Assembly (NCBI GenBank): GCA_050749465.1
Contig: JBOGRO010000017.1
Location: forward strand, 1,191 to 65,190
Direction of reading: 5' to 3'
From: Thermoplasmata archaeon
Lineage (GTDB): Archaea; Thermoplasmatota; Thermoplasmata; Lutacidiplasmatales; UBA184
DNA: 64,000 bases
Shown: positions 1 through 8,685 of the stretch, one piece after another
How positions within the stretch are numbered: position 1 is the first letter of the stretch
Layout: every line of letters begins with the position of its first letter
Translations under genes and position numbers: made by a program
The notes under the pieces: generated by a model
The model's input: the letters and a program-made list of their open reading frames with translations, nothing else
The model's database searches: none
Told to the model about the DNA's origin: nothing

Positions 1-1087
1 AGGCGATCCCGCCCGGCGGCTTGTTCGTGTACGCCGCGTCGACCTCGACGAACGCGCTCGCGAACGGGTACGAGCCGGTAATGATGTGGAAGAGCCCCGC
101 CGGGAACTTCGACGGGTTCGCGGCCGCGTCCGTGTAGCCGTGGTCGGCGAGCGTCTTGACGCGGAGCGCGGTCAGCTTGCCGTCCTTCGTCGCCCCGAGC
201 TCCGCCTCGATGTGGTAGTCGCGCGCGAACGAGTCGGCGGTGAGGTTCCCGGTCCGATCCTCGATCCACTTGACCGGCTTTCCCGTCGTCAACGCGGCGA
301 CGACCGCGATGACGTACCCCGGGTAGACCGGCACCTTCCCGCCGAAACCGCCCCCGATGTCGGGCGATATGATGCGGATGTTGTTCTCGGGAAGGCCGCT
401 CACGAGAGCGAATACGGTCCGGATCGCGTGGGGCGCCTGGGTCGTCATCCAGACCGTCAGCTTGCCCATCACGTCGACCTGGGCGACGCAACCGCACGTC
501 TCGATCGACGAGACGTGGATCCGCGGGATGTAGATCTTTTCCTTGATCACGACGTCCGACGCCTTGAGCGCTGCTTCGGTCGCCGCCTTGTCGCCGACCT
601 CCCAGTGCCAGATGTGGTTGTCTTTCTTGCCCTTGTCCGTGCGCAGGACCGGCGCGCCCGGCTCGAGCGCCTTGAACGGGTCGATGACGACCGGGAGCGG
701 CTCGTAGTCCACCTCGACCGCGGCGACCCCGTCGGCGGCGGCGTAGCGGTCGATCCCAACGACCCCCGCGACCTCCTGGCCCTGGAACATCACCGTGTCG
801 GTCGGGAGGACCATCTGGGTGTCCGACATCAGGGTCGGCATCCACGCGAGCTTCGCGGCCGCGAGGTCGGCGCCCGTGATCACGGCGAGAACCCCGGGGA
901 CCTTCAGCGCCGCGTCCTTGCGGATCGCAGTGACCTTCGCGTGGGCGTACGGACTGCGGACGAGGTCGAGGAAGAGCATCCCCGGGAGGTCGACGTCGTC
1001 GACGTAGTTCCCCTTCCCCCGGATGAAGCGCGCGTCCTCCTTCCGGAGGATCGACTGTCCGATCCCGCCCGGGACGGCGTCCGCCAT
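1..1087 (-). CDS. coxL: Mo-hydroxylase large (molybdopterin) subunit, CoxL/XdhA family. Partial: the C-terminus lies beyond the left edge.
   Basis: Hand translation of the minus strand from ATG 1087 gives MADAVPGGIGQSILRKEDARFIRGKGNYVDD...WMTTQAPHAIR...ISPDIGGGFGGK...AAYTNKPPGGIA. This is a typical a/b-hammerhead plus Mo-binding domain. The ORF is absent from the track because it runs off the window. It follows coxM-coxS in the canonical M-S-L order. Confidence 0.9.
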   Translation of the reverse strand, partial: MADAVPGGIGQSILRKEDARFIRGKGNYVDDVDLPGMLFLDLVRSPYAHAKVTAIRKDAALKVPGVLAVITGADLAAAKLAWMPTLMSDTQMVLPTDTVMFQGQEVAGVVGIDRYAAADGVAAVEVDYEPLPVVIDPFKALEPGAPVLRTDKGKKDNHIWHWEVGDKAATEAALKASDVVIKEKIYIPRIHVSSIETCGCVAQVDVMGKLTVWMTTQAPHAIRTVFALVSGLPENNIRIISPDIGGGFGGKVPVYPGYVIAVVAALTTGKPVKWIEDRTGNLTADSFARDYHIEAELGATKDGKLTALRVKTLADHGYTDAAANPSKFPAGLFHIITGSYPFASAFVEVDAAYTNKPPGGIA

Positions 1088-1089
1088 GG

Positions 1090-1626
1090 TCAAGGCCCTC
1101 CCTTCTTCGCGCCTTCGTCCATCTTCTTCGCGGCGTATTGGATCGCCTTGACGATGTTCACGTAGCCGGTGCACCGGCACAGGTTCCCCGAGATCCCCCG
1201 TCGGATCTCGTCCTCCGTCGGGTTCGGATTGTCCGCGAGCAGCGCGACGCTCGCCATCATCATCCCCGGCGTGCAGTAGCCGCACTGCAGTCCGTGCTCC
1301 TGGTGGAACCCTTCCTGGACGGCGTGCAACTTCCCTCCCACTTCGAGGCCCTCCACGGTCCGGACCGCGCGACCGTCGACCTGGACCGCGAAGAGGTTGC
1401 ACGACTTCACCGGGACCTCGTCGACGAGCACGGTGCACGCGCCGCAGTGGGCGGTGTCGCAGCCCACGTGGGTCCCGGTGAGCCGGAGCCGCTCGCGCAA
1501 GTAATGGACGAGCAGCATTCGGTTCTGGATCGTCGAGCGGTGGGCGACGCCGTTGACGGTCACGTGGAGGGTGCGGGTGGTGTTCGTTGGGGTGGAACCG
1601 GCGACCTCCTCCACGTCGATCGCCAT
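1090..1626 (-). CDS. coxS: Mo-hydroxylase small [2Fe-2S] subunit (CoxS-like)
   Basis: Internal ATG at 1626 of ORF 1090..1848 gives MAIDVEEV... Both ferredoxin cluster motifs are present: CDTAHCGAC, and CGYCTPG plus CRCTGY. The upstream 74 codons of the ORF are Arg/Ser-rich junk. Confidence 0.93.
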   Translation of the reverse strand: MAIDVEEVAGSTPTNTTRTLHVTVNGVAHRSTIQNRMLLVHYLRERLRLTGTHVGCDTAHCGACTVLVDEVPVKSCNLFAVQVDGRAVRTVEGLEVGGKLHAVQEGFHQEHGLQCGYCTPGMMMASVALLADNPNPTEDEIRRGISGNLCRCTGYVNIVKAIQYAAKKMDEGAKKGGP

Positions 1627-1627
1627 C

Positions 1628-2503
1628 TCAGTGCCCTCCCTTGGCGCGGGCGATCGCCTTCGTGAGCGTTCTCCGCGTCCAGACGCGGACCATGTCCTTC
1701 TTGAAATCGACCGGCCCGCGGTTGTCCGCGATCGGCTGCGACGCGTCCGCGGCGAGCTGGCCGGCCTGGGCGAGTTCGTCCGCGGTGCCGGACTTTGCGC
1801 GCAGGAACTCGGATGCGGCCGTCGCGTAGATCGCGGTCGGGCCGACATTGGTCAGTCCGATTCCGGCGCGCTCGATGCGGCCGTTCTTGGCGAGGAGGAC
1901 GTGCACCGCGACCGCCGCGGTCGCGAAATCCCCGACCTTGCGCTCCATCTTGGAGTACGCATTTCCGGTTCCCGGGACCGGCTTGGGGACGCGGACCTCC
2001 GTCAGCACCTCGTTCGGTTGGAGCGCGGTGACGAACGAATCCACGTAGAACTTGCGAGCGGCGATCGACCGCGCGCCTTTCGGTCCGTGGGCCCGGTACT
2101 CCGCATCGAGCGCCAGCATGCACGCGGGGAGGTCGTTCCCCGGGTCCCCGTGCGAGACGTTCCCGCCCACCGTCCCCCACCGTCGAACGGTCGGGTCGGC
2201 GATCTCGGCCCCCGCATCGGAGAGCACCGGGTAGCGGGCGCGCACGATCTCCGAGCGGGTCAGCTCCGCGGTACGGGTCAGTGCGCCGATCGCGAGGTGC
2301 TTGTCGTCCTCCCGAAGGTACGCGAGGCCGGGTATTCGGTTGATGTCGATCAGCGCCGCCGGCTGGGCGAGGCGGAGCTTCATCATCCCGATAAGGCTCT
2401 GTCCGCCGGCGAGAACCTTCGCCTCCCCCTGGTGCTGTTCGAGAAGTCCGACGGCTTCCTTCAGGGTCGTGGGCGCGTAGTACTCAAAGTTCGGTGGATA
2501 CAT
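1628..2503 (-). CDS. coxM: Mo-hydroxylase medium FAD-binding subunit (CoxM-like)
   Basis: Internal ATG at 2503 of ORF 1628..2647 gives MYPPNFEYYAPTTLKEAVGLL...AGGQSL..., an FAD_binding_5 / CO-dehydrogenase flavoprotein C-terminal architecture. It abuts coxS. Confidence 0.92.
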   Translation of the reverse strand: MYPPNFEYYAPTTLKEAVGLLEQHQGEAKVLAGGQSLIGMMKLRLAQPAALIDINRIPGLAYLREDDKHLAIGALTRTAELTRSEIVRARYPVLSDAGAEIADPTVRRWGTVGGNVSHGDPGNDLPACMLALDAEYRAHGPKGARSIAARKFYVDSFVTALQPNEVLTEVRVPKPVPGTGNAYSKMERKVGDFATAAVAVHVLLAKNGRIERAGIGLTNVGPTAIYATAASEFLRAKSGTADELAQAGQLAADASQPIADNRGPVDFKKDMVRVWTRRTLTKAIARAKGGH

Positions 2504-3027
2504 CGTTCTTCCCCCGTGCGTAAGGGTGGCACGGCGAAGGGGTCCGTTCGATATCAGTCTTCCGAGCCCCGGTGAACCAGACGGTACCCGTGCCGGCGGA
2601 GTGGGGGAGTGCGCCACCGCGAAGCGAGAGGTAGGCCGACAGCCCAAATTCGACGCGCGCCCCGCCGTACCGGCCCTTCGGTTCCCCCCTCGGGCCGTGG
2701 GGGGCGACGAGGAACGAGCTCGCGCACTTCCGAGAGAGAGCGACCTACGGAGAATCGCGCGTCGGGCGGACTCCCGGCGAGAGGGTCACCGACCGGAGGG
2801 AAGTGGAACGCACCAGGTCGGACGCGCGCTCCGTGTTCGAGGGGGTCCACCGGCTCCGGGGGGTTCCCCGGCGCAATGGTGAGGATGGGATCCCCCGTGG
2901 GTCGACGGCCGGCCGCGGGAGGGACCGGCGAGCGATCCCACCAGTCCGGGCGGATCCGGCCCTCCGCGGGGAGCGCGCACCCCGCCCAGGACAGTCAGTG
3001 CGGGTGGGCGCCTCGACCCCGAAAGGG

Positions 3028-3033
3028 TAGATA
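3028..3033 (+). promoter_or_regulatory. TATA-like box (TAGATA) 25-30 nt upstream of the xdhC ATG
   Basis: An AT-rich hexamer in an otherwise GC-rich spacer. The spacing matches the other leaderless promoters in this window. Confidence 0.35.
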
Positions 3034-3057
3034 CCGTCGACCGGATGACAATCCCCC

Positions 3058-3891
3058 ATGCAGGCGTCCCACTTTGCGAAACACCTCGCGAGCCTGGTCG
3101 AACGCCGCGAACCGTTCGCGGTCGCTACGGTGACGCGGACAGAAGGCTCCACGCTCGCGAAGTCCGGATTTAAGCTGCTCATCGCCCAGACCGGCGAGAT
3201 CGCCGCCGGCACCTTCGGCGGGGGATGCCCGGAGGGTCCGATCGTGGAAGCCGCGCTCGAGGCGATCCGTGTCGGGGAGCCCCGCGTTCTTCGAGTGCAC
3301 TTGGTCGATACGGAAAAGTCGGTGTCGGGCACGCTCCACGAGAGCGACCCGAACGAGATATGGGTGCAGACGAACTGCGGCGGGGTGCTCGAGGTCTACC
3401 TCGAGCCGATGGTCCCTACCCACCGGCTGGTCCTCGTCGGCCAAGGAGGCCGCGACGATGTCGAGGCCGCGCTGGTGCGCCTCGCGAAGACCCTCGGCTA
3501 CGACGTCGTGGTGGTCGACCCGGCCCCGGCGCTGCCCGAGGCGCCCCACGAACTGATCCGGGAGTCCCAGATCGACGGCCACCGGCTCGCTCTCTCGAGC
3601 CACGACTTCGTGGTCGTCCTGACGAAGGGGGAACGCGACGTCGCGGTCCTCGAGGCGCTGTCCCACTTCCCCGTGCGGTACGTGGGGATGCTCGCGAGTC
3701 GGCACCGCGTGAAGCAGAACGTCGACGAGCTCGCGAAGCGGGGGGTCTCGGCAGAGTTCGTCGCCTCGATCCACTCGCCCATTGGCCTCGACATCGGCGC
3801 GAAGACCCCCGAGGAGCTCGCGGTCGCGATCATGGCCGAAGTGATCGCGACGAAGTACGGGAAAGGGTCACCCCTCCCGCGTCCGAGCTGA
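3058..3891 (+). CDS. XdhC/CoxI-family Mo-cofactor insertion accessory protein
   Basis: 277 aa. The N-terminal XdhC_CoxI domain (PFAVATVTRTEGSTLAKSG) and C-terminal Rossmann-like XdhC_C domain (LVLVGQGGRDD...IGLDIGAKTPEELAVAIMAEV) are present. It sits within the cox cluster. Confidence 0.88.
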   Translation: MQASHFAKHLASLVERREPFAVATVTRTEGSTLAKSGFKLLIAQTGEIAAGTFGGGCPEGPIVEAALEAIRVGEPRVLRVHLVDTEKSVSGTLHESDPNEIWVQTNCGGVLEVYLEPMVPTHRLVLVGQGGRDDVEAALVRLAKTLGYDVVVVDPAPALPEAPHELIRESQIDGHRLALSSHDFVVVLTKGERDVAVLEALSHFPVRYVGMLASRHRVKQNVDELAKRGVSAEFVASIHSPIGLDIGAKTPEELAVAIMAEVIATKYGKGSPLPRPS

Positions 3892-3965
3892 CCGGAGCCG
3901 GGTTCCGCGGCGTGGGAACCCCGACGTCCGGTGGGGGCCGCTCGAGAATCCGAGGATCAGGGCCC

Positions 3966-4943
3966 CTACAGGTCGGATGGCTCGAGGGAGACGAGGGGAA
4001 CGGACTCGGGGTTTCGGGCCGGGTACTCCCGGACGTACCCGCCGTAGTAGGGGATGCGGAGGGCCACCACCGAGCGGAACGCCGCCCGCAACTCCGGGTC
4101 GTTGAGCCCGCGGGTGGGCACCAGGTCATCGTTGCGGTTCAGACAGCCCTTGAGCTCCCCCTGGTGCGTGATCCGGATCCGGTGACAGTTCATGCAGAAC
4201 TCCCGGTTGTAGACGGGGTCCACGAGCTCGACCTCCGCCCCGCCGAACTGGTAGATCCGGCGGTGGTGCATCTCGCGGGTGAGGACCTTGTCGGCCCGGC
4301 CCTCGAGCCAGCGCTTGACGCCGTCGATGTCGACGGCCCAATCCTTCGGGCCGACGAGCTCGGGCATGAATTGGATGAGCTGGAGGCGCAGGCCAGCGTT
4401 CCGGCTGACGAACCGGATCATCTCGGGGATGTGCGGAAGGGTCGGGCGGAAGACGACCATATTGAGCTTCACCGGCGTGAGCCCGACCCGCAACGCCGTC
4501 TCGATGCCCCGAAGGACCGGGGGCAGGGCGCCGTGCCGGATCTCCCGGAAGGCCGCGGGGTCGAGGGAGTCGATGGAGACATTGACCCGCTTCAACCCCG
4601 CGTTCCGCAGGCCCTCGGCGCGCGCGGCGAGCATCGAGCCGTTGGTCGTCAGCGAGACGTCGGTCACGTGGCGGACCGTGTGGGCGATGATCTCCTCCAT
4701 ATCCGCGCGGACGAGCGGCTCGCCGCCGGTGAACTTCACCGACCGGATCTCGAACTCGCGCGCGACTCGAACGAGGCGCTCGACCTCGGTGACGCTCATC
4801 TCCTCGGCGTGGGGGCTGCGGGGCTTCGCCACCGGGCCGAGTCCCTCGTCGTGGCAGTAGATGCAGCCGAAGTTGCACCGCTTCGTCACGCTGATGCGGA
4901 CGTCGGTGACCCCTCGACCCACCGAATCGACCAGTGTCGGCAC
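3966..4943 (-). CDS. moaA: GTP 3',8-cyclase MoaA (radical SAM, molybdenum cofactor biosynthesis)
   Basis: Radical-SAM motif CNFGCIYC and the C-terminal auxiliary cluster CMNCHRIRITHQGELKGC are present. The track ORF extends to 5015, but a TATA box at 5001-5009 lies inside that extension. I therefore prefer the GTG at 4943 (VPTLVDSVGRG...). Confidence 0.88.
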   Translation of the reverse strand: MPTLVDSVGRGVTDVRISVTKRCNFGCIYCHDEGLGPVAKPRSPHAEEMSVTEVERLVRVAREFEIRSVKFTGGEPLVRADMEEIIAHTVRHVTDVSLTTNGSMLAARAEGLRNAGLKRVNVSIDSLDPAAFREIRHGALPPVLRGIETALRVGLTPVKLNMVVFRPTLPHIPEMIRFVSRNAGLRLQLIQFMPELVGPKDWAVDIDGVKRWLEGRADKVLTREMHHRRIYQFGGAEVELVDPVYNREFCMNCHRIRITHQGELKGCLNRNDDLVPTRGLNDPELRAAFRSVVALRIPYYGGYVREYPARNPESVPLVSLEPSDL

Positions 4944-5000
4944 GGACTTGCCTCGCGGGGGCCCACCGGGGCCCTCCCCGCGGCGGTAGTATCGACGGGA

Positions 5001-5009
5001 AATATATAC
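5001..5009 (-). promoter_or_regulatory. TATA box (AATATATAC / GTATATATT) upstream of moaA
   Basis: One of the strongest AT-rich elements in the window. It lies about 60 nt upstream of the preferred moaA GTG start. Confidence 0.5.
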
Positions 5010-5124
5010 TCGCACCGGCGGGATCGGCGCCGAACCCGCTGGCCGCGCTCGAACGAACGGTCGGAGAAACGTTCATTCGACCCCGGCGGGTGGGGACCCG
5101 GTCGGGTGCCCCCGAGGTCTCGAT

Positions 5125-6018
5125 ATGGAAGAACGCGTCACCGCTCCGTGGTCGTCGCCCGCGGAGGTCGAACAGCTCCTGAGGGGGCAGGGGTACCTCC
5201 CCGACCCCGCCCTCGTCACCGCGGTCTACCTCAGCGGGAGGCTCGGCAAGCCCCTCTTGGTCGAAGGGGAACCCGGTTGCGGGAAGACCGAGCTCGCGAA
5301 AGCACTCGCGGGGGCGACCGGTGGCGAGCTCATTCGGCTACAATGCTTCGAGGGGCTCGACGCCCGCTCCGCGCTCTACGACTGGGACTATCCCCGGCAG
5401 CTCCTGACGATCCGTCTGCACGAAAGAGGCGAGTCCATCGAGACCGTGGAGAAGGAGGTCTTCAGCGAGCGGTTCCTCTTGCGTCGTCCCCTCCTCCGCG
5501 CCCTCGATGGCATCGGTCCCCATCGACCGGTCCTCCTGATCGACGAGGTCGACCGGGCCGACGAGGAGTTCGAGGGGTTGCTCCTCGAGGTCCTCTCGGA
5601 CTTCCAGGTCACGGTTCCCGAGCTGGGCACGATCCGGGCGAAGCGGATCCCGCACGTGGTCATCACTTCCAACCGGACGCGCGACCTCAGTGACGCGCTG
5701 AAGCGTCGGTGCCTCTACGCGTACGTGGAGTACCCCGAGCTCGAGAAGGAGGTCGCGATCCTCGCGGAGCGCGTCCCGGCTCTCGGCGCGACGTTCGCGC
5801 GCCAGATCGCGGCCTTCGCCCAACGGATCCGTCAGGAGCCCGAGCTCGCGAAGCGGCCGGGCGTCTCCGAGACGATCGACTGGGCGGCGGCGCTGCTCGC
5901 CCTCGGCCGGACGGGTCTCGACGCGGCGACGATCGCGTCGACCCTCGGTTTCCTCGTGAAGGACGCGCAGGACCTGCGGTACCTGCGGGAGCAGCGGCTC
6001 GCGGCGCTCACGGAGTAG
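5125..6018 (+). CDS. coxD: CoxD-like MoxR-class AAA+ ATPase
   Basis: Walker A is GEPGCGKT and Walker B is LLIDEVDR, followed by an AAA lid domain. It is followed directly by a VWA gene in a cox context. A GAGGT Shine-Dalgarno-like sequence sits 7 nt upstream of the ATG. Confidence 0.9.
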   Translation: MEERVTAPWSSPAEVEQLLRGQGYLPDPALVTAVYLSGRLGKPLLVEGEPGCGKTELAKALAGATGGELIRLQCFEGLDARSALYDWDYPRQLLTIRLHERGESIETVEKEVFSERFLLRRPLLRALDGIGPHRPVLLIDEVDRADEEFEGLLLEVLSDFQVTVPELGTIRAKRIPHVVITSNRTRDLSDALKRRCLYAYVEYPELEKEVAILAERVPALGATFARQIAAFAQRIRQEPELAKRPGVSETIDWAAALLALGRTGLDAATIASTLGFLVKDAQDLRYLREQRLAALTE

Positions 6019-6022
6019 TCGC

Positions 6023-7159
6023 GTGGTCGATCGCGGCGAGGACGTCGCGGCCATTCTGCGGAGCCGGATCTCCGGCTTCTGCGAGATCCTGCGACGGAGG
6101 GGGTGTCCGGCCGGCATCGGGGCCGAGGTCGATCTCGCTCGGGCTATGGACGCGATCGACCTGACCGACCGACTTCGATTCCGGGCGGCTTGCGGAGCGA
6201 CGTTGGCTCGCTCGCCCGAGGAGCTCCGGACGGTCTACGCCGCGTTCGACGCGTACTGGGACCCCGCTCCGCCGAGGGGCGAGCTCCCCGCGCCGGGGGC
6301 CGAGAGCGCTTCGCTCGCTCCCCGGCGGGAGCGCCCCGAAGCTCCCGGCGCCGACCGGGACGGTGCGACCGAGCTCGAGCGGCCCCCGGTCGTGATCCCG
6401 ATCGGAACCTACAGTCGCGCGGCGCCTCCCTCCCCTCGCTCCCCGCCACCGCTCGGCGAGCGCGAGCTCCGTAGGATCCGCCACGGGGTCCGCCGTTTCC
6501 GCCGTGACCTCGCGGCCGTGCCCGGACGACGTCGGGGCCCTTCCCGACGGGGGGCGGTCGACCTGCGGGACACGGTCCGCCAGAGCCTGCGTTACGGCGG
6601 AGAGTGGGTCGAACTCCGCCGGGAGCGCCCGCGCCGAACGCGCGCGGAGTTCGTCGTCCTGTGGGACGTCAGCGGTTCGATGCGCGAGCACGAGAGCCGC
6701 TTCTTCGCGCTGGTGCATGCGCTCCAGTCGGCCTCCCGCCCCAGCCGGGTCTTCGCGTTCTCCACCCGGGTCGAGGAGATCACCTCCGAGGTCCGGCGGA
6801 ACCGGTACCGACGGGCGACCGTCGCCGTCGGCCGGCGGATCGGACGGGCCGACGGCGGGACACGGATTGCCCGGTCGCTCCGGGAGTTCGACGCTCGGTA
6901 CGGCGCGTCGTTGGGGGGCCGCTCCTCCCTCGTGGTCCTCAGCGACGGGTGGGACCTCGGCGAAGCGGAGCGGGTACGCGACCCCCTCGAGCGCCTGCAC
7001 CGGCGGGCGAACCGGGTGGTCTGGGTCACGCCGTACACTCGGCGACCCGGTTTCGAGCCGCGCGTCGGGGCCTTGCGTGCGGCCCTCGGCGAGGTCGACC
7101 TTCTGCTCGGCCCGGAAGACTTCGAGTCCCGCTGGCCGCTCCCACCGTATCGCTACTGA
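6023..7159 (+). CDS. coxE: CoxE-like VWA-domain protein
   Basis: The C-terminal VWA domain has a MIDAS-like motif (VVLWDVSGSM ... VVLSDGWD). The GTG start is 4 nt after the coxD stop. A CoxD/CoxE pair is typical of Mo-enzyme maturation. Confidence 0.85.
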   Translation: MVDRGEDVAAILRSRISGFCEILRRRGCPAGIGAEVDLARAMDAIDLTDRLRFRAACGATLARSPEELRTVYAAFDAYWDPAPPRGELPAPGAESASLAPRRERPEAPGADRDGATELERPPVVIPIGTYSRAAPPSPRSPPPLGERELRRIRHGVRRFRRDLAAVPGRRRGPSRRGAVDLRDTVRQSLRYGGEWVELRRERPRRTRAEFVVLWDVSGSMREHESRFFALVHALQSASRPSRVFAFSTRVEEITSEVRRNRYRRATVAVGRRIGRADGGTRIARSLREFDARYGASLGGRSSLVVLSDGWDLGEAERVRDPLERLHRRANRVVWVTPYTRRPGFEPRVGALRAALGEVDLLLGPEDFESRWPLPPYRY

Positions 7160-7223
7160 GCACCCACCACGCCCGGAACTTTCTGGACTCGAGCGCGCTC
7201 CCGCGGAGACGAGGTCGGGCTCG

Positions 7224-7730
7224 AACCACGACGTCGCGATCGTCGGGGCCGGGATCGTCGGGTGCGCCGGCTCGATGGAGCTCGCCCGACGAGGAAAGTC
7301 GGTGATCGCGCTGGAGGCCGTGGACGGTACGAGCGACACCCGCTGCCGGGCGAGGGGCCACGTCGGCGAGCGCGACGACAACGAGGCCCCGATCTCTCTC
7401 ACGCGTTTCGGCCGAGCTCACTCGAACGAGATCGTTCCGGACCTTCCGCCCGACGTCGACCGGATTCCGATCGAGCGGACCCGGGCGGGACCGCGGCCCG
7501 CGGGCGCGGACGCGGTGCCGTTCCTCGGACCTGTCCCCGGTCGGCCCTACGTCCTGGTCGCCGCGGCCCACGAGGGAGTCGGGGTCATGACCTCGCTCGC
7601 GACCGGCCTCTGGATCGCCGAGCAGATGGAAGGACGCGCTCCGTCGATCCCCCTCGAGCCGTACCGGCCAGAGCGAGTCGGTCCGACTCCGGGGCGCGAT
7701 CCGGCGCCCGGCGGAACGCCCTCGGGGTGA
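7224..7730 (+). pseudogene. FAD-dependent oxidoreductase (DAO family) remnant, internally deleted and without a start codon
   Basis: The Rossmann N-terminus HDVAIVGAGIVGCAGSMELARRGKSVIALE joins after about 60 aa to the family C-terminus PFLGPVPGRPYVLVAAAHEGVGVMTSLATGLWIAEQM. That gives about 168 aa, versus about 370 aa for intact members. There is no ATG, GTG or TTG between the coxE stop (7157-7159) and the GxGxxG motif. Confidence 0.6.
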
Positions 7731-7734
7731 GGCC

Positions 7735-7740
7735 TTTAAT
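7735..7740 (+). promoter_or_regulatory. TATA-like box (TTTAAT) 24-29 nt upstream of the nitrilase-family ATG (leaderless)
   Basis: An AT hexamer in a GC-rich spacer, at the spacing typical of archaeal leaderless promoters. Confidence 0.45.
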
Positions 7741-7763
7741 CCCTCGGCGCGTGCCCGACGGAG

Positions 7764-8612
7764 ATGCGGATCGCCCTCGTTCAGTTCACGCCCCAATTCC
7801 CGGGCCACGACCACAACTGGGCCCGGATGCGCGAGTGGGCCGAGACGCTGGACGCCGAAGTGATCGTCTTCCCCGAGCTCGCCTCGTCCGGGTATTCGTA
7901 CCGGGACGCGGAGGCGTTCCGACCGTACACGGACACCCGGGACATCCTCGATCCGCTCGAGCACCTCGCGCGCAGCCGCGACCGACTCTTCGTCGGGGGG
8001 TTCGCGGAACGTGACGGGGACCGGATCTACAACAGTGTCTTCGCGATCTCCCCGTCCGGCACCCACGTGTACCGGAAGATGCACCTCTGGGCGAACGAGA
8101 AGCTCCTCTTCCAATCCGGAGATCGGCCGCGACAGGTAGAGTTCCGGGGCCATCGCTTCGGGATCGAGGTCTGCTACGACCTCCAGTTCCCCGAACTCGC
8201 CGCCTACTACTCGCGCGCCGGTGCGGAGGCGATCCTCGTCCCGACGGCGTGGGGCGTGGAGGACGTCGGCCCGAACGGGGGCCTCCGCTCGTACACCCAT
8301 CTCGCGATCGCCGTGGCCTATTCGCACGGGATCTACGCTGCGGTCGTGAACCGGACCGGCACGGAGGCCGAATCGGAGTTCCCGGGTCAATCCAGCCTCG
8401 TCGACCCGTACGGTCGGGTCCAGTACCTTGGGGCAGCGGAAGAGGTCCTCCGCGGTGAACTCGATTTCTCGCTCGTGGCCAAGGCGAAGCGACCGTCGGA
8501 CCTCAACGACCTCGACCGGGACGCGCGCCTCTCGATCCACTTCCCCGAGTCCGACCGGGAGCCGTCGAACGCCATGGCCGGACCGGTGCGGGCATCGCGG
8601 TACGTGGCCTAG
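7764..8612 (+). CDS. Carbon-nitrogen hydrolase (nitrilase superfamily)
   Basis: The Glu-Lys-Cys triad is present in context: VIVFPELAS, YRKMHLW, IEVCYDLQFPE. Confidence 0.88.
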   Translation: MRIALVQFTPQFPGHDHNWARMREWAETLDAEVIVFPELASSGYSYRDAEAFRPYTDTRDILDPLEHLARSRDRLFVGGFAERDGDRIYNSVFAISPSGTHVYRKMHLWANEKLLFQSGDRPRQVEFRGHRFGIEVCYDLQFPELAAYYSRAGAEAILVPTAWGVEDVGPNGGLRSYTHLAIAVAYSHGIYAAVVNRTGTEAESEFPGQSSLVDPYGRVQYLGAAEEVLRGELDFSLVAKAKRPSDLNDLDRDARLSIHFPESDREPSNAMAGPVRASRYVA

Positions 8613-8685
8613 GGCGGGTCTCGGGGACCCGTAGCCCGATCCGGGCCGTACACCGAGGGGAAATAAGAGGCGTGCCTGCGCGGGC

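Noticed and set aside
2504-3057. The long cox intergenic region as SRP RNA or RNase P RNA.
   Set aside because: I looked for the SRP helix-8 GNAR tetraloop context with its conserved AGCA, and for the RNase P P4/CR-I GAAAGUCC and ACAGAA elements, on both strands. I found only weak partial resemblances (CCGGAGGGAAGUGGAAC, CAGUCCGGGCGG). That is not enough to call an RNA gene, and an Infernal scan would be needed.
3225-5693. Very long ORFs with Arg/Pro/Gly/Ala-rich translations. Examples: 3225..5693 +, 7026..8747 -, 14166..15872 -, 18005..20587 +, 30035..32581 -, 54366..56165 -, 58110..59867 +, 86..1165 +.
   Set aside because: They lie antisense to, or out of frame with, genes that have clear family signatures. 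They have low-complexity composition and lack the third-position GC bias of real genes. They are the expected stop-codon-poor shadow frames of GC-rich DNA.
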